DNA from: Marsupella aquatica
Taxonomy: Eukaryota; Plantae; Marchantiophyta
Assembly (NCBI GenBank): GCA_973895155.1
Contig: OZ316892.1
Location: forward strand, 27,614,307 to 27,678,306
Direction: 5' to 3'
DNA: 64,000 bases
Every line of letters starts with the position of its first letter. The first letter of the stretch is position 1. Of this stretch, positions 27,592-39,238 are shown piece after piece. The position numbers and the translations under genes were made by a program. The notes under the pieces are model-generated. The model was given only the letters and a program-made list of their open reading frames with translations, had not been told where the DNA came from and searched no databases.

Positions 27592-28701
27592 ATGGAAAAC
27601 GAATCCATTGTCACTGGACATGCTCTTCTACCCACAGTTGTTAGGTTGCCTCAGGAGCTCACAGATTTGGTGTCGATTAGTCTTTTGCAACATTAGGCCC
27701 GGCAGCGGACATCTATGACTCTCCAGAGCTCCAAAAGCCCTTTGAATACTCGGTTCAAAGCAATGGCATGTTAGGTCTTAAAATTACGTATCCCAAATGT
27801 TTGCACACGTTTCTGTGAAGAGCGGTTTATATTGAAGCAGAACGTAGACGACATGAAAACTTCAGAAGTTTCATTGAAGAATGCCAATGACTGCAATAAG
27901 GGTAATGTCAGTGGTCACATTAGAGGTCAACATGTGACCTCAAAGTGATAGTACGAATCAGAAAGTGCAGACTTTCTGAGAAAGCTATCATTAAAAATGC
28001 ATCGTCCTCGTCAGTAAATGACAAGAAGATCGCAATGTACGAATAAATCCTATGAAAAAGTACCATTGAATACATGGATGCCGGAAATGAGCCTTTTCTG
28101 CCGGTTGGCCTATTGGGATTGTCGCTTTCGCCCAATTTAATTTCCAGGAATATATCGATTGAGGGTCTCAACTAACAACTCAAGCGGAGGGAATGAATTG
28201 GCTTATCACCAGCCGTTGTCAGCTCTCCACTATCATCTCCGGGGCGACAAGTAAGACGCTCTTGGGCAGACTTCACATTCTTGAGTTGGCAAGTGGCTTG
28301 GAGGCCAGCCGGCGCGCTCCGATTGAGTGCTCCCAAATGGAGACTTGCAAGACGATCCAGCCGAATTCGTTCTTCCTGCCTTCAAGGGTTGCTTCTGTGA
28401 GGATGGGCGCCCCAGATGTTCGAACACCCTTCCATTGGTGGATTCTGCAGTAGAGTGTCTCAGCCGAGGTGTTCCCATCATCGGATGGCCGTCGTCGCTG
28501 ACCAGCCCGCTCATCTTCTTCTATCTGGAAGCTGCCTTCAAAGTAACCATTTTGTTGACGCTGAGGGGATCAGGAAGACCACCACGGTGGTCTTGCAGTC
28601 AGAAGAAGGCAAAAATATGGGAGACGAGCAGGGCTCTAAGAGGTACTTTTGCTCAGGCTGTGCATGGATTCGCTGACCTCATCAAACTTGCTTTCAGATG
28701 A
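27592..28701 (+). pseudogene. UDP-glycosyltransferase (GT1) pseudogene
   Basis: Fragments across frames: MNWL.., ILELASGLEAS, then a broken PSPG box (G)WAPQ-MFEHPSIGGF-[HCGWNS lost]-AVECLSRGVPIIGWP-ADQP. Many frameshifts and deletions. The 5' boundary (MENESIVTGHALLP) is tentative. Confidence 0.8.
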
Positions 28702-28753
28702 AGCTCAAATCAAGGCGTCAAAAACCGTCGAAGCTCTTTTGTAATATATTTGT

Positions 28754-30331
28754 CTAACTATCATCCATTTCATGGTCCTCTCCATACTCTGAACCAGCTA
28801 TGCTACTACCATGGTCTATTTTGAGATCCGCAAGCAGCTCCTCCAAAGGCACAGTCGGTACATCGTCTCCTCCGTCAGTCATAGACATGATATCAGACTG
28901 ACGCTCCTGGTAGTTGGGATCCCTGTAAAGCGCAATCTTCGACCTCATCTCAGGGTCCTCCTCCAGCTCTTGCAAAAATTTCTCATACTCAGCAGCCCTC
29001 TTAGTTTCGTCTTGTCTATTATTGACGGCTTCTCCCATCTCCATGTCCAAAGTCTTCAGCTTCCAGGGTCTGGGCTTCTTGCCTCTCTTCCTCTGCCTCC
29101 TTTCTTCATAACTCTTCTTTACAAGAACAACTTCCGGCAATTCGAGATCCTTGTGCTTGCTGAGCTCAAACTCGCTGGTATTTGCTCCAAATAAATCATA
29201 ACCGAGGGCGTGGTCGCCAGGATTCAAGAGGTGACCAAGGTGGGTTTTCACAGTGAAAATGGTGTCGTTCTTTCCAAAATCCGCAACACGAGCTACCTGA
29301 ACCTCGGCAAGTGCAAATCTATTCCCACCAACGCTTACTACAGGCTCACTTTCTACATCTAGAACAATGTACTCCACCAACTGTTTGTGGGATAACAGAG
29401 CTCTGTAGGGCACCCTCCAGTACTGGTTAGAGTCTACAAAGGAATATCTAAGCGTTTGAGGATCTAGTAAAAGGAGGTTGTTCGATACACGAAGACAGAG
29501 CACCAACGGCCCAATATTGCCTAGCGCTGCTGCTGTCTTAGGGGGTAAGCAGATGAGATCATCTTTACAAATAGGGCAAATCTCCACCGAGAAAGTGAAT
29601 TTGTAGTTGTAGGTGTTGCTATGCGTGTCATGAGACACCAACTGCTTGTCATTCCGGCTTTTGATCGGAACAACATTACTTACAAAGTCCACGAACTTAA
29701 GCGCATGGCTCCTATTCGAGTAGTAAAAATCAATGCCATCGTGTACCTGCTTGATGTTGATGGTCTGCGCCGCAGCACCATGTTTAATGATGAGCTGCTC
29801 CAGAAAGAAGAACGTTCTCTTGTGATCCACTTTCTGCCGCAATTGTACTTTAGCGATCCACTGGTCAGGGTTGGCAGCAGTCCGAGTGCACTTGTCACAC
29901 ATGTGGTCCTCTACAACATATTCCACCATGTAAGATTGCTCTAGGATTGCTCCATTAACCACTTCCTTCTGAATTTTGAGCTTCACCTTCAACCTTTTAG
30001 AATGAGGCTCAGTCCAGATGAAACCTGCATCAACGAGCCTGACTTTATTCAAATTCTTCAGCCTTTTAATGCAGAAAGTGAGGAGCTCCTTTGACTCCAG
30101 CTGCGCCTTCACCCACGTTCGTGGCGGTTGCAAGTACCTCTCGCACTCGGGGCAGAAAAGAATTGACACATGCTTCTGTAATCCCTCTGTGATATCAACT
30201 TGTGATCGCAAGCACGCAACGCACATGTTCGCGGCGTTCGGGGCCATGGATACTCCACACAAGCAACACAGCACACGCCCAGCGGTGCGCTGGACCGTAA
30301 ACATGTCCGCCACTACCATCCCGTCCGCCAT
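28754..30331 (-). CDS. NMD3: 60S ribosomal export protein NMD3, intronless CDS
   Basis: CCLCG..NAANMCVACL, CPECERYLQPP..WV..LESKELL, FIWTEPHSKR, QLRQKVDHKRTFFFLEQLI, SVEICPICKDDL and a C-terminal acidic/NES-like tail. ATG at 30331. Confidence 0.97.
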   Translation of the reverse strand: MADGMVVADMFTVQRTAGRVLCCLCGVSMAPNAANMCVACLRSQVDITEGLQKHVSILFCPECERYLQPPRTWVKAQLESKELLTFCIKRLKNLNKVRLVDAGFIWTEPHSKRLKVKLKIQKEVVNGAILEQSYMVEYVVEDHMCDKCTRTAANPDQWIAKVQLRQKVDHKRTFFFLEQLIIKHGAAAQTINIKQVHDGIDFYYSNRSHALKFVDFVSNVVPIKSRNDKQLVSHDTHSNTYNYKFTFSVEICPICKDDLICLPPKTAAALGNIGPLVLCLRVSNNLLLLDPQTLRYSFVDSNQYWRVPYRALLSHKQLVEYIVLDVESEPVVSVGGNRFALAEVQVARVADFGKNDTIFTVKTHLGHLLNPGDHALGYDLFGANTSEFELSKHKDLELPEVVLVKKSYEERRQRKRGKKPRPWKLKTLDMEMGEAVNNRQDETKRAAEYEKFLQELEEDPEMRSKIALYRDPNYQERQSDIMSMTDGGDDVPTVPLEELLADLKIDHGSSIAGSEYGEDHEMDDS

Positions 30332-31119
30332 GGCGACTGACTCCGTCGCTCGATGGGGCGCCCAGATCAAATAATGTCTGCAAACTTTCCAAAGGTATTC
30401 AGCAGCTCATCCTCCCAAAACTCCTCGTCGAATTCTTCAGCGATACCCCTAAGAAGGGATGAATAGCTTGCAAGATATCGGAAACCCTAAACCTCCGAAT
30501 GATGCAGACACAGCTCTCCCAATCTTATTTCGTTCTATATACTATTCCTTGGCTATGATGTTGTTCTTTATCGAGAATCTCTCCGTCTTCGATGGCTCCA
30601 CAAGCTTCAATATTCTTGGGCAGCGCTTCCAAGCCCACAACGAATAACTTAAACAGTAAAGTAGACTAAAAACTGCAAAAAAATAGCCGTCTCTTCCTTC
30701 CGCAACCAATTTTTCCAGCACTTTCAAGTATCGGAAAAATGCTTCTTCCTTCCTTTGCTCTTCCGTTGTTGTTTATCGAGAATCCTTTTCCGACTTCGAC
30801 GGCTCCACAAGCTTCAAAATTCTCGAGCAGCGCTTCCAAGCTCACGACGATTCACTTCAACAATACAGGAGACTGAAAATTGCAGCAAAAAAAAAGCTGT
30901 CTCTTCTGTCCGCAACCGAATTCCTCGAACAGATCCAAGTATCCGAAAAATGCTCACCGGATTCGATTCAACCCGCCTCTGTTTCCTCCTCCGTGCGCAT
31001 CTCTGCGCCTCTCGGTCAGTTCCACTTTACTCCATCGCGCGAGAAACCCTCGCTCTAGACAGAGCGCTTGTCGCTCAGAGCCAACACCCTAAATTAGGTT
31101 TTTGAGCTTTCTTTCTCGA

Positions 31120-31520
31120 GACTGAAGCCAAGCTAGGATGGACCACCATGGTGGACACACTGCTCCCATAGACCCATATTTTGTGGTCTATGAGAGTTAG
31201 TCTTATGCATGTGTTCTTAGGTTTAGGAGTGTAACAATAGTTAGGCAATACCTTTTTAGGCTGATGGACCACCATGTTGGACAGAGTGCTCGTGTGGACC
31301 CATTTTTGGTGTACCATGTAAGTTTGTGTTAAGAATTTACTCTTAGGTTTAGGATTACTAGTGTAACAATAATTAAGCAACACCCTAATAATTTTTAGTC
31401 GTTCTTTCTCTTGAGACTGAAGGTAGGATGGACCACCATGTTGGACATAGTGCTCTTGTGGACCCATTTTTGGTGGTACATGGGAGTTTGTGTAAGACAA
31501 TTACTCTTAGGTTTAGTATT
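31120..31520. repeat. Degenerate tandem repeat (about 3 units) upstream of NMD3
   Basis: gatggaccaccatgttggaca...gtggacccatttttggtg...ttcttaggtttagga recurs at about 31138, 31263 and 31427. Confidence 0.8.
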
Positions 31521-31859
31521 ACAGTTATAAGAGTAGTGAAATGAGGGTTAACCTTACTTGCGAACTAGAATAGGTTAACTAAGTTCCTCAATATATCCCA
31601 AATAGTGTTTGTTGGAATAGGAGAAACTTAGACTCAATTGTTATGGACTCAATTGAAAGATAATGAGATGGGAGGAGAGAGCTGGGGATTCAGGGTGGGC
31701 AAACCTGCTGCGCAATTTGGCTAGTGCTTGAACATTCAAGTAAGTTTTTGCTGGTACATGATATACGGGGTAATTTCTTTGCAAGTTAGGGTAAAGGCAA
31801 TATATCTGTCTGATAAACCCTACTAGTCTCAACTCTCTCAAATCCTGTTTCTCAATTGA

Positions 31860-33300
31860 CCTTTTCTCCAAACGTGCTTCAAGGTTGAATCTCATCAAGA
31901 GCGGGTAATGGACGCTCTGGACATTTTGGCATACATGGAAGTGGTGGACCTTGCCACCCAGCCCCCTCACCAATCCCAACACCCACGCCTAAGTGCCCTT
32001 GGTGCCCGAACGTCTCCACGGAATACCTCGAGCAAGCAACCTAGTGCCCCTTGCACCACCAGCGGCCCCTCCCATACGAAACCGCACTTGCTCTTCAACA
32101 CGGCCGCTACTCAATGGTCTTCATTGTCTGCATAAGCAACCAAGTGTCTCGATAAGTAACCCTTCAGGATCTAGATCTCCCCAAGTCTAGCCTCCTAACT
32201 CAAGCTCAACCGACATTGGTAAGCAAGTCAGCGATAGATCCTCCCGATGCCATAAGCCGGAACCAGAACAAACGCCCACTATTCGTCCAGAACAACTCCT
32301 TCCTTGGGCGCGGCCCGGGTTCTCCCTCGTACCTATCCATCGCCAACTGACCGCCTTGCTCCCAGGACATGCTCATGGCCCAATAGATTAGCTTGTCCTA
32401 AAGCTTGTCCCAACACATCGGGACAAGAACGGCCCCAACTTTAGCAACCAACTCTCGGTTCTCGCTCTGCTGATTGTCTAGGGGCCAAGTGCCCTTGGAA
32501 CTCAACCTCCATGCCTACTTGGCCTTGCCTCCCCAACGCAAGCTCCCTTGGGAGACTGAACACGACTTGGCTGCTGTTCGGCAGGATTTGGCAAGCGGGC
32601 GAGTTAACACTCGCAAACCCCGAGAACCCATGGTGCCCCCAGACCCAGCTGAGCTCAGGAGGGCGTAGCCCTTGTCGAGAGCTTTCCAACGCACCCAAGA
32701 AGTCCTCCAACGGACTTCCCATTGGGAAGTTATCACTGTTTCCGTTTGGCAAAACGTTGGTGTTGCGACCGCCGCAGCTCACAACTTCGGCTCGCCCTTA
32801 GCCCCCATGAAGACACCACTCTCCTCATATATGCTCCTGGAAACCTACCACCCCCGGACCAACTTTGGTCCTCAAACTTTTGGTCCACAACCCAGATCCT
32901 ATCCCGCATGTCTGGGCGCACCACCAACTGACAACGCCCATAACTTCCTAGTTAGGTGTCTGCAAGCGGAGTGCCTTAGCCCGTTGTGATTGGGCCGACC
33001 CAGTGCTCATGCCTAGGCCCTCAGATCTTGTCGCTGCTTGGGGCCCCCGATCGGCCAAACCCGGATCGGGCCATAACTCGTGCCCCAAGCGTCCGTTGCC
33101 CATGGTGTCAACTCCATTGGCCTTGGGCCCAAGAGGAGCTCTCACTCAAGCCCTCAAAGCTCAAAGTCCGTCCGGGAGTCCGGACAGTCGACCTTGAGCC
33201 CGGCCCCTTTCCCCTTGACCCGACTAGCACTAAGCTAGTCTAAGTCCTTAGTGTGTGTCACCGGCTTGACGCCTTGCCTTCGCTAGTGTCACGTCTCATT
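31860..33300 (+). mobile_element. Probable degenerate non-LTR retrotransposon (LINE) 3' remnant
   Basis: Abruptly C-rich, high-GC block with broken ORFs. Weak motifs in LINE ORF2 order: ASRLNLIKS (late RT), EYL, and a decayed CCHC-like YPAC..D..H.L..C..A. Confidence 0.4.
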
Positions 33301-34204
33301 GCCTACAAGTCTCCCCATGCTAAGTCCTCCCTGGATGGCCTATCCGGTCCTGGACCATAAGGAAGCTCGGCATCGGAGTCAGCAACGCCGAAGCTAAGTG
33401 TTAAGGTAGTCGAGTTTCATGACTATGGACGATTCGTCCAAGGAAAACTGTCGCGGAGGTCTCAATTGTTCTTCTGCAAAAATTGGATTTAAAAGACCCT
33501 ATTGTTCTTCTCTAAAAATTCTTAAGTTTTCCTTTAGAACCAATAAAATGACCTTATATTTTGTCTCACGTGATATGTCATTTTTGTGGAAGTGAAACAC
33601 TCGAGTGAGTGACATAACACACAAAACCATAAGTACACATGCAAAAAAAACCACATTATGACCAAGAAAATATAAAGGTACTAAAGATTTGTGCACATAT
33701 AGTACAAATTTTCACTTGCTTCGAGGTAATGAGAGTAAACTCAATTAAAACCATAAATTTTGTAAAGGAAACCACAATGGGAACTTAGTACACCAGATGT
33801 GCACATTGTTCAAATTCATTTCTCTCACTTTCATGAGAAAAAAGAGAATTCACTAAAGAGTGATTCAAAATGAAAGATTAAAAGTCCCTTCGGGGACATC
33901 CGATAAAAAAATGAAAGATTAAACATTTATGAGCGGGCCCCAATACATTCAAAATACTCTAAGTTCACTCAAATTTAAAGGGGTCCAAAAGTTAATTCAA
34001 AATAAACTTAATACAAATTATTCACCTTGTTAAGGCACATTAAAGTCAAAATACTAAACACAAAATTTGAATAAGACAAAATCTGAAAGGTGGATTCACT
34101 ATATAGAAGCTTAATAAAAATTATATGTGTTTTGAGAAAGCTTTTAATATTGTGTGTTTACTAACTAATTTAACACGACTGTCTACTTTCATGCACTCTT
34201 AAAG

Positions 34205-34967
34205 GAGATTATTGCCTACAAAATGCTTGAGAGATACTGGGGAATATATGTGCCTGAACTTGTAAAATATGGCATCAGTGTGAAAAGAACCCTTGTGTTC
34301 ATTGCAACTAAACTTATCAAAGGCTTGAGTTGGAGAGGTATATTTTGCAGCACACACCTATTGTGTTTTTGTCATTTTTGTTTCCAGCCATCAGCCTGGG
34401 GGATTGACTATCAAAAATTTTAGGAATCATCTGCGATCCAAAATAGGTATTTGTGATAGAAATGAACTAACCATTTTAAAAGCGTAGGAGGCAAAAGAAG
34501 GTATTATAAACTCATGTTTATAAAATATTCTCTAATATATATTTTTATAAAGTAAAATAGGTTATTAATATTGAAAATGGAAAATATTTTTAGAATATTT
34601 TTTATAAAATAGGGCTATTTATATCAGACGAGGATTGCACGTGGTAGCCCAAAATATACACTAACTTAGTTAACACCCGAGCCCTGAGCACAACACATGT
34701 TATTGTATTGGATGTGTTTCTTTTGCAGACGCCCCCACACAAGCAAAGTTGAGGGCCGCAGAGGAAGCCCTTCATGCGATACATTCTTGTGGCCTTCTAC
34801 ATGGAGACATACATGGTGAGAATATCATCATTGTTGAGGGTGGTATACGATTCATAGATTTTGGCTTTTCAAAGTTCATCACCAATGAGGCAGACTGCAA
34901 GAAGGAGCTCAATGAGCTGAAGACAATGTCTCAGACAAACTGTATCACTATTGTCACTCAGTCGTGA
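34205..34967 (+). CDS. Atypical protein-kinase C-terminal part, two exons, 5' end not found (partial gene or pseudogene)
   Basis: Exons 34205-34337 and 34729-34967 join in frame across a GT-AG intron: EIIAYKMLERYWGIYVPELVKYG..FIATKLIKGLSWRDAPTQAKLRAAEEALHAIHSCGLLHGDIHGENIIIVEGGIRFIDFGFS..KKELNEL. HGDxxxxN and DFG are intact. Confidence 0.8.
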
Positions 34968-36649
34968 TTGTCGATCGATACCATTCACACAGTCTGGTAC
35001 GTCTTTCAAAAGCAATGGACAAAATTTTGTCGCAAGCTGTGAACTGAAAGGGGTATCTGGCATTGGAACTCCTATGTTCATGTTTTTTATTAAAGCAGGT
35101 CAAATCTTTTCGATGGAGCCGTTGCTACTTTGATTTTTTTTCCCTCCAAGGGATTGATGGGTAAGAGGAGAGAAGAGGAGAGACCTATGACAACATCTGC
35201 CTTATGATGTAGATGGAGAGAAGAGTGGAGTTGCGCTCCCGTGTTCCTACCTTTAAACAACCCTCTTGTCATCGTCCTTGTCTACATTTAAAAACAGGTG
35301 GTTGACTTTAAAAGATTCCCTTGATTTGAGCTTTGCTTGTTTCAGTAGAGACAAGTTTTTTGGTTGAAGGAAGGGTTGGTTTAAACGGAAAACTTTGACT
35401 ACCTACTCCTCTAGGATATCCCTAAAACTAAAATATGTGATTAAACTTGATTTTTGAGAAATGTGGTCCACAGAGGTTTCAAAGACCAACCTTGTGGTCC
35501 ATTGGGGCTTCAATTCCCAGGGCAAGGAATAGGAAATTACAGTGTTTAGTTTTCTTGGCCCCAAACTAGTCAAAATTACTAATGTATCCCCCCCCCCCCC
35601 CCACAACACCCTCTAGAGGCTTCACTCTAAACTGTATGCTACCAAAAGTAGCTTTTGATTGCGATTATGTATACTAGCCTGATTACTTGTTCCTTGAACG
35701 TAAATAGAAAAAAATTGTGAAGAAAAAATTGCACCAAGAAAATTCTACGCTATTTCCATTCATCTTTGCCCCATCTTTGTTTTTTGTCCACCCTCATTTT
35801 GCAGTTTTGTCTTTATCTAGAGCCAATGTCATTTTGTTATTTTCACCCTCATCTTTCTTTTTTGTCCACCCTCATTTAAAGTGTTGTCCTTGTTAAGACT
35901 CATTGTCATTTGTTTGTATTGAGAGTTATTGTCTAGAAGCTTCACTCTAGACCATAGGCCTTAATGATTGCTTCCCATCACAATATTAGTAAGATACTAG
36001 ACTGATTTACCCATTTATTTAAAATAGAGATGAGGGAAAAGAAACATTTCAATAAAAAAAATTCCATGCTACTTCTTGTTCATTTTTGCTCTCATCGATG
36101 TTTTTTGTCTGCACCCTCAATTTATTTTAGTTATGCTCTCAGTTAGAGTCACAACCTACTGTAGATGTTTCACTAACAGCAGGCCCACAAATAGCTATAT
36201 TAGTCATATATACTAGCCCAAAATGTTGCAGAGTTATCACTGTGGTTGTGTCATTGTCACAGCCATCTTATTATTGTGATCCGGTTTGTCATTAGGGTTG
36301 AGTCATCTTGTGAGTGCATTGTGGTTGCTGACATCAATTGCTGTTTTGGTTGGGTGATCATTTCTTGCAGGTGGTTGTTGGGGTTATGTTGTGGTTGGGG
36401 TCATGTATGAGAAATACGGCTAATGCCCGTGCACTTTCCAGGAGTTATGGAAACTCTAGTAAAAGTAATAGGAACCGATCTTTGGCAACTGTAAGGAAAG
36501 GCCAAGGGCTCAACAATAACTCATAACCTTAACAATTTGACTGATGGGTGTGGCATTTGATGTGCCGGCTGACCAAGAATGGAAAAATAGGATACATGCC
36601 ATGAGAATGAGAAACTTGACCGTAACTGTAAGCACAAATCCAAGAGCCC

Positions 36650-36906
36650 AGAAATCCAAAAATCTATGATTGAAGGCATGTGAACTTTGTGCCTAACATG
36701 GTGATGGGTAGAAATCCAAATATCTATTATTCAAGGCATGTGAACTTTGTGCCTGACGAAGACTGGAAATGAAAAGATATATGCCATGAGACTGAGATAA
36801 GGCAGTAACTCCCGCCGCTAGAGGGGGGGATCAATGCTACCTCCACCCATTTTTAAACTCCCGCCGCTAGAGGGGGGGATCAATGCTACCTCCACCCATT
36901 TTTAAA
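36650..36906. repeat. Two adjacent short tandem duplications (about 61 bp and about 49 bp)
   Basis: gaaatccaaa.atctat.att.aaggcatgtgaactttgtgcct occurs twice; aactcccgccgctagagggggggatcaatgctacctccacccatttttaa occurs twice. Confidence 0.9.
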
Positions 36907-37656
36907 AAATTCCTCAAGCAGGTCCCGTGACCTGAGTTAAAGACCATACCATAAATCCATAGTTGTCAGCGGAGGCCAGGCTTTGAGACGCAGTAATGAA
37001 TTATGCCTTTTTTTGCAAAATTGCCCGGCTCTTTAGGACACTCACAGCAATAAGGCATTTGGGCCCACGTCTACTCTTTGACATAGAGTTCAACAGAACT
37101 ATTGGTTGATGGCTGATTTAGAAACAGGAACTCTACCACAGGCCAAGCTAATCACAATACAACAAATTCTAACTTTGCTTGCACATTCCAACCTGAAGCT
37201 GCAACGACAGATGAAATTCTGATTCGAGAGGAAAGCATTCGGTTTCATCATTCATGCCCCATATTGCAAACAGAAATTGGTGCACAATTCTGTGGCTTGC
37301 ATAATATGCACAGATAAATACACAGCTCGTGGAGTTGTCTCCTGCTTCAGGTACACACAGGGCAAATTTTACTCACTTGGCAATTCATCCTTTAGGCAAA
37401 GCCTGTTGACTACAAGTTCCACCTCAAGCTTTACCAGAAAGCTCCGTCTTTCCATGGTACTGAAAAACCCTAAATCTGACTATGTGAGGTAACTATGAAC
37501 TCCACCTCCCAGGACACACATTCGTCACCTTTCGGAAGATAATTAGGTTCACCACGAACCAAGGATCAGATTGCTGGAACCATGTCGAGCTTTGAGAGTG
37601 TGGTCGATTATGAAATTGGGGAAAAAATGCGAAGACAGAGAATGAATGAAGGAATG

Positions 37657-38505
37657 CTATCGTGATTTCCTCACAGTGACAGCCTGAGCTGCAGCGGTCG
37701 CCCTGTCATCGATGTAACCTTTGATGGGAGGTGTGAGTGAGGCGGGTATTCTGCTTTTAGGGAATGGGGTGAGATCAGGCATCAATGCTGCCTCTCTCAA
37801 ATGCGGAGGCAAAGCCGCAAGTGCTTCCTTCTTCAGTTGCAGCCTCACTGCTTCACCCTTCGCCCTTTCCCTGTCTGCCTTCAATAGAACTCGACTGCAT
37901 TCCTTTGCGAGCCGTTTGCCTTCTTCTGATGTCAGTTGAATTGCAGACTCGGTTTCGATCCGAGTCACAACCTCTCCAATCTGTGGTCCCTCTTCCTCTT
38001 CCACCGCCTCTACAGGCTTCGCCTTAGCCTCTTTGGCCTCCTTGGCCGCTTTCTTCTTCGCTGCCGCCTTCGCTAACTTCTCGAGAGCCTTCTCCTGCTC
38101 AATTTCACGCAGCCGCTCCTGGCTGATGACGCCAAGGCGCTCTCTCTCCAGCAAACGCACCCTATCCTTCTCCTTCAGCGGGCTGAGGGGAGATGTCGCG
38201 TTGAGGCATGCGTCAATTAGGTCATTAAATCTCTCCCGCTGCTCCTTCTTCTCCTCCTTCTTCGTCGCGTTCTTGGCCTTCACGTTCTTCGCCGGATTGG
38301 GTGTGGCCACCTTCTGCTGCGTACCAGCTGCCTCCCGGGCATAGAACCGCCGATGCTGCCGCTGCTGTGGTCCATTCCATCCCGCCGCATTGAGCACCCA
38401 TTCCGTCTGTCTCAAAACATCTAGAGATTGAGAAGGAGAACATGACAATGAGGGGCTCCTCAACAAGCTCTGCCGGCACCTCGACGCCGCCACTCTCAAT
38501 GCCAT
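37657..38505 (-). CDS. Mitochondrial large-subunit ribosomal protein mL40-like, intronless
   Basis: Arg/Ser-rich presequence-like N-terminus. The C-terminal LKKEALAALPPHLREAALMPDLTPFP..ASLTPPIKGY matches the mL40 family motif as recalled. Confidence 0.85.
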   Translation of the reverse strand: MALRVAASRCRQSLLRSPSLSCSPSQSLDVLRQTEWVLNAAGWNGPQQRQHRRFYAREAAGTQQKVATPNPAKNVKAKNATKKEEKKEQRERFNDLIDACLNATSPLSPLKEKDRVRLLERERLGVISQERLREIEQEKALEKLAKAAAKKKAAKEAKEAKAKPVEAVEEEEGPQIGEVVTRIETESAIQLTSEEGKRLAKECSRVLLKADRERAKGEAVRLQLKKEALAALPPHLREAALMPDLTPFPKSRIPASLTPPIKGYIDDRATAAAQAVTVRKSR

Positions 38506-38827
38506 TGCATTCCTATCGATCACTCACTCACTCACCCACTCGTTCATTGATTCATTTTTCACTGTCTGCCCTCGTGCTACAAAGGTCGGAGCAGCAGTTG
38601 AGCCATTGTTACTTCGACATGTCTGAAATCATGCTGATTGACCGCGATCTAACAGTGAAACATGACTTTCAGCTCGACTCATCAAGCACTAGCTCTTGCT
38701 CACAAGAAATTGATTTCTGAGGGGCATTTGACGAAAGGAAACGACTCTCGGAAGAGAGCAGAAGAGGAGAAAAGTGCAGAGTTGTGGAATTGATTCTGAA
38801 GACCGTCTGTTTCTCTTTCCTTTGAGC

Positions 38828-39238
38828 AAAGCTTGTTCGACTTCCACTTATTCTGAGGGTGAGGTTGGAAAGGGAGTGGGAGGGGGGAGGTAGTGGGATG
38901 GGAGTACAATAGTCCCAACTCCAATTGTTTTCTTGTTTCCTTGTTTTGTTTTTTGTTGGGCAAGAAGGTGCCCCAGGTATAGTATGGAGGCCCTAGCTAA
39001 CACCTAGGCTAGGAGAATTAGAGCACACAAAAGTACTTGAGTATTTGTACCTAGCCAACTCTGTTGGAACTTTCAACAACATGGGCCGGCTAGGAGTTGA
39101 ACCTAGGACCTCCTGTGTGGGTTTTTTTTTCTTTCCAAAAAGCTTGTTCGATTTCCACTTATTCTGAGCGTGAGGTTGGATAGGGAGTGGGAGGGGGAGT
39201 GGGAGTGGGATGGGAGTACAGTAGTCCCAACTCCAGTT
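38828..39238. repeat. About 100-bp direct repeats (38828-38925 and 39138-39238); a shorter copy lies at about 47861-47935
   Basis: aaagcttgttcga.ttccacttattctgag.gtgaggttgga..gggagtggg...gggagtaca.tagtcccaactcca. Confidence 0.88.
39083..39120 (-). other. tRNA-derived (SINE-like) 3' fragment with B-box/T-arm
   Basis: The minus strand reads ccacacaggaggtcCTAGG-TTCAACT-CCTAGccggccc, a 5-bp stem with a TTCRA loop. The 5' half of a tRNA is absent. Confidence 0.65.

Noticed and set aside
28811-30374. Plus-strand ORFs overlapping NMD3 (similar ones overlap mL40 and the methyltransferase)
   Set aside because: Antisense shadows of real coding sequence.
32652-32670. miR390-like sequence (agctcaggaggg)
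   Set aside because: Only about 12 nt match, no star-strand hairpin is seen, and it lies in a decayed TE-like block.
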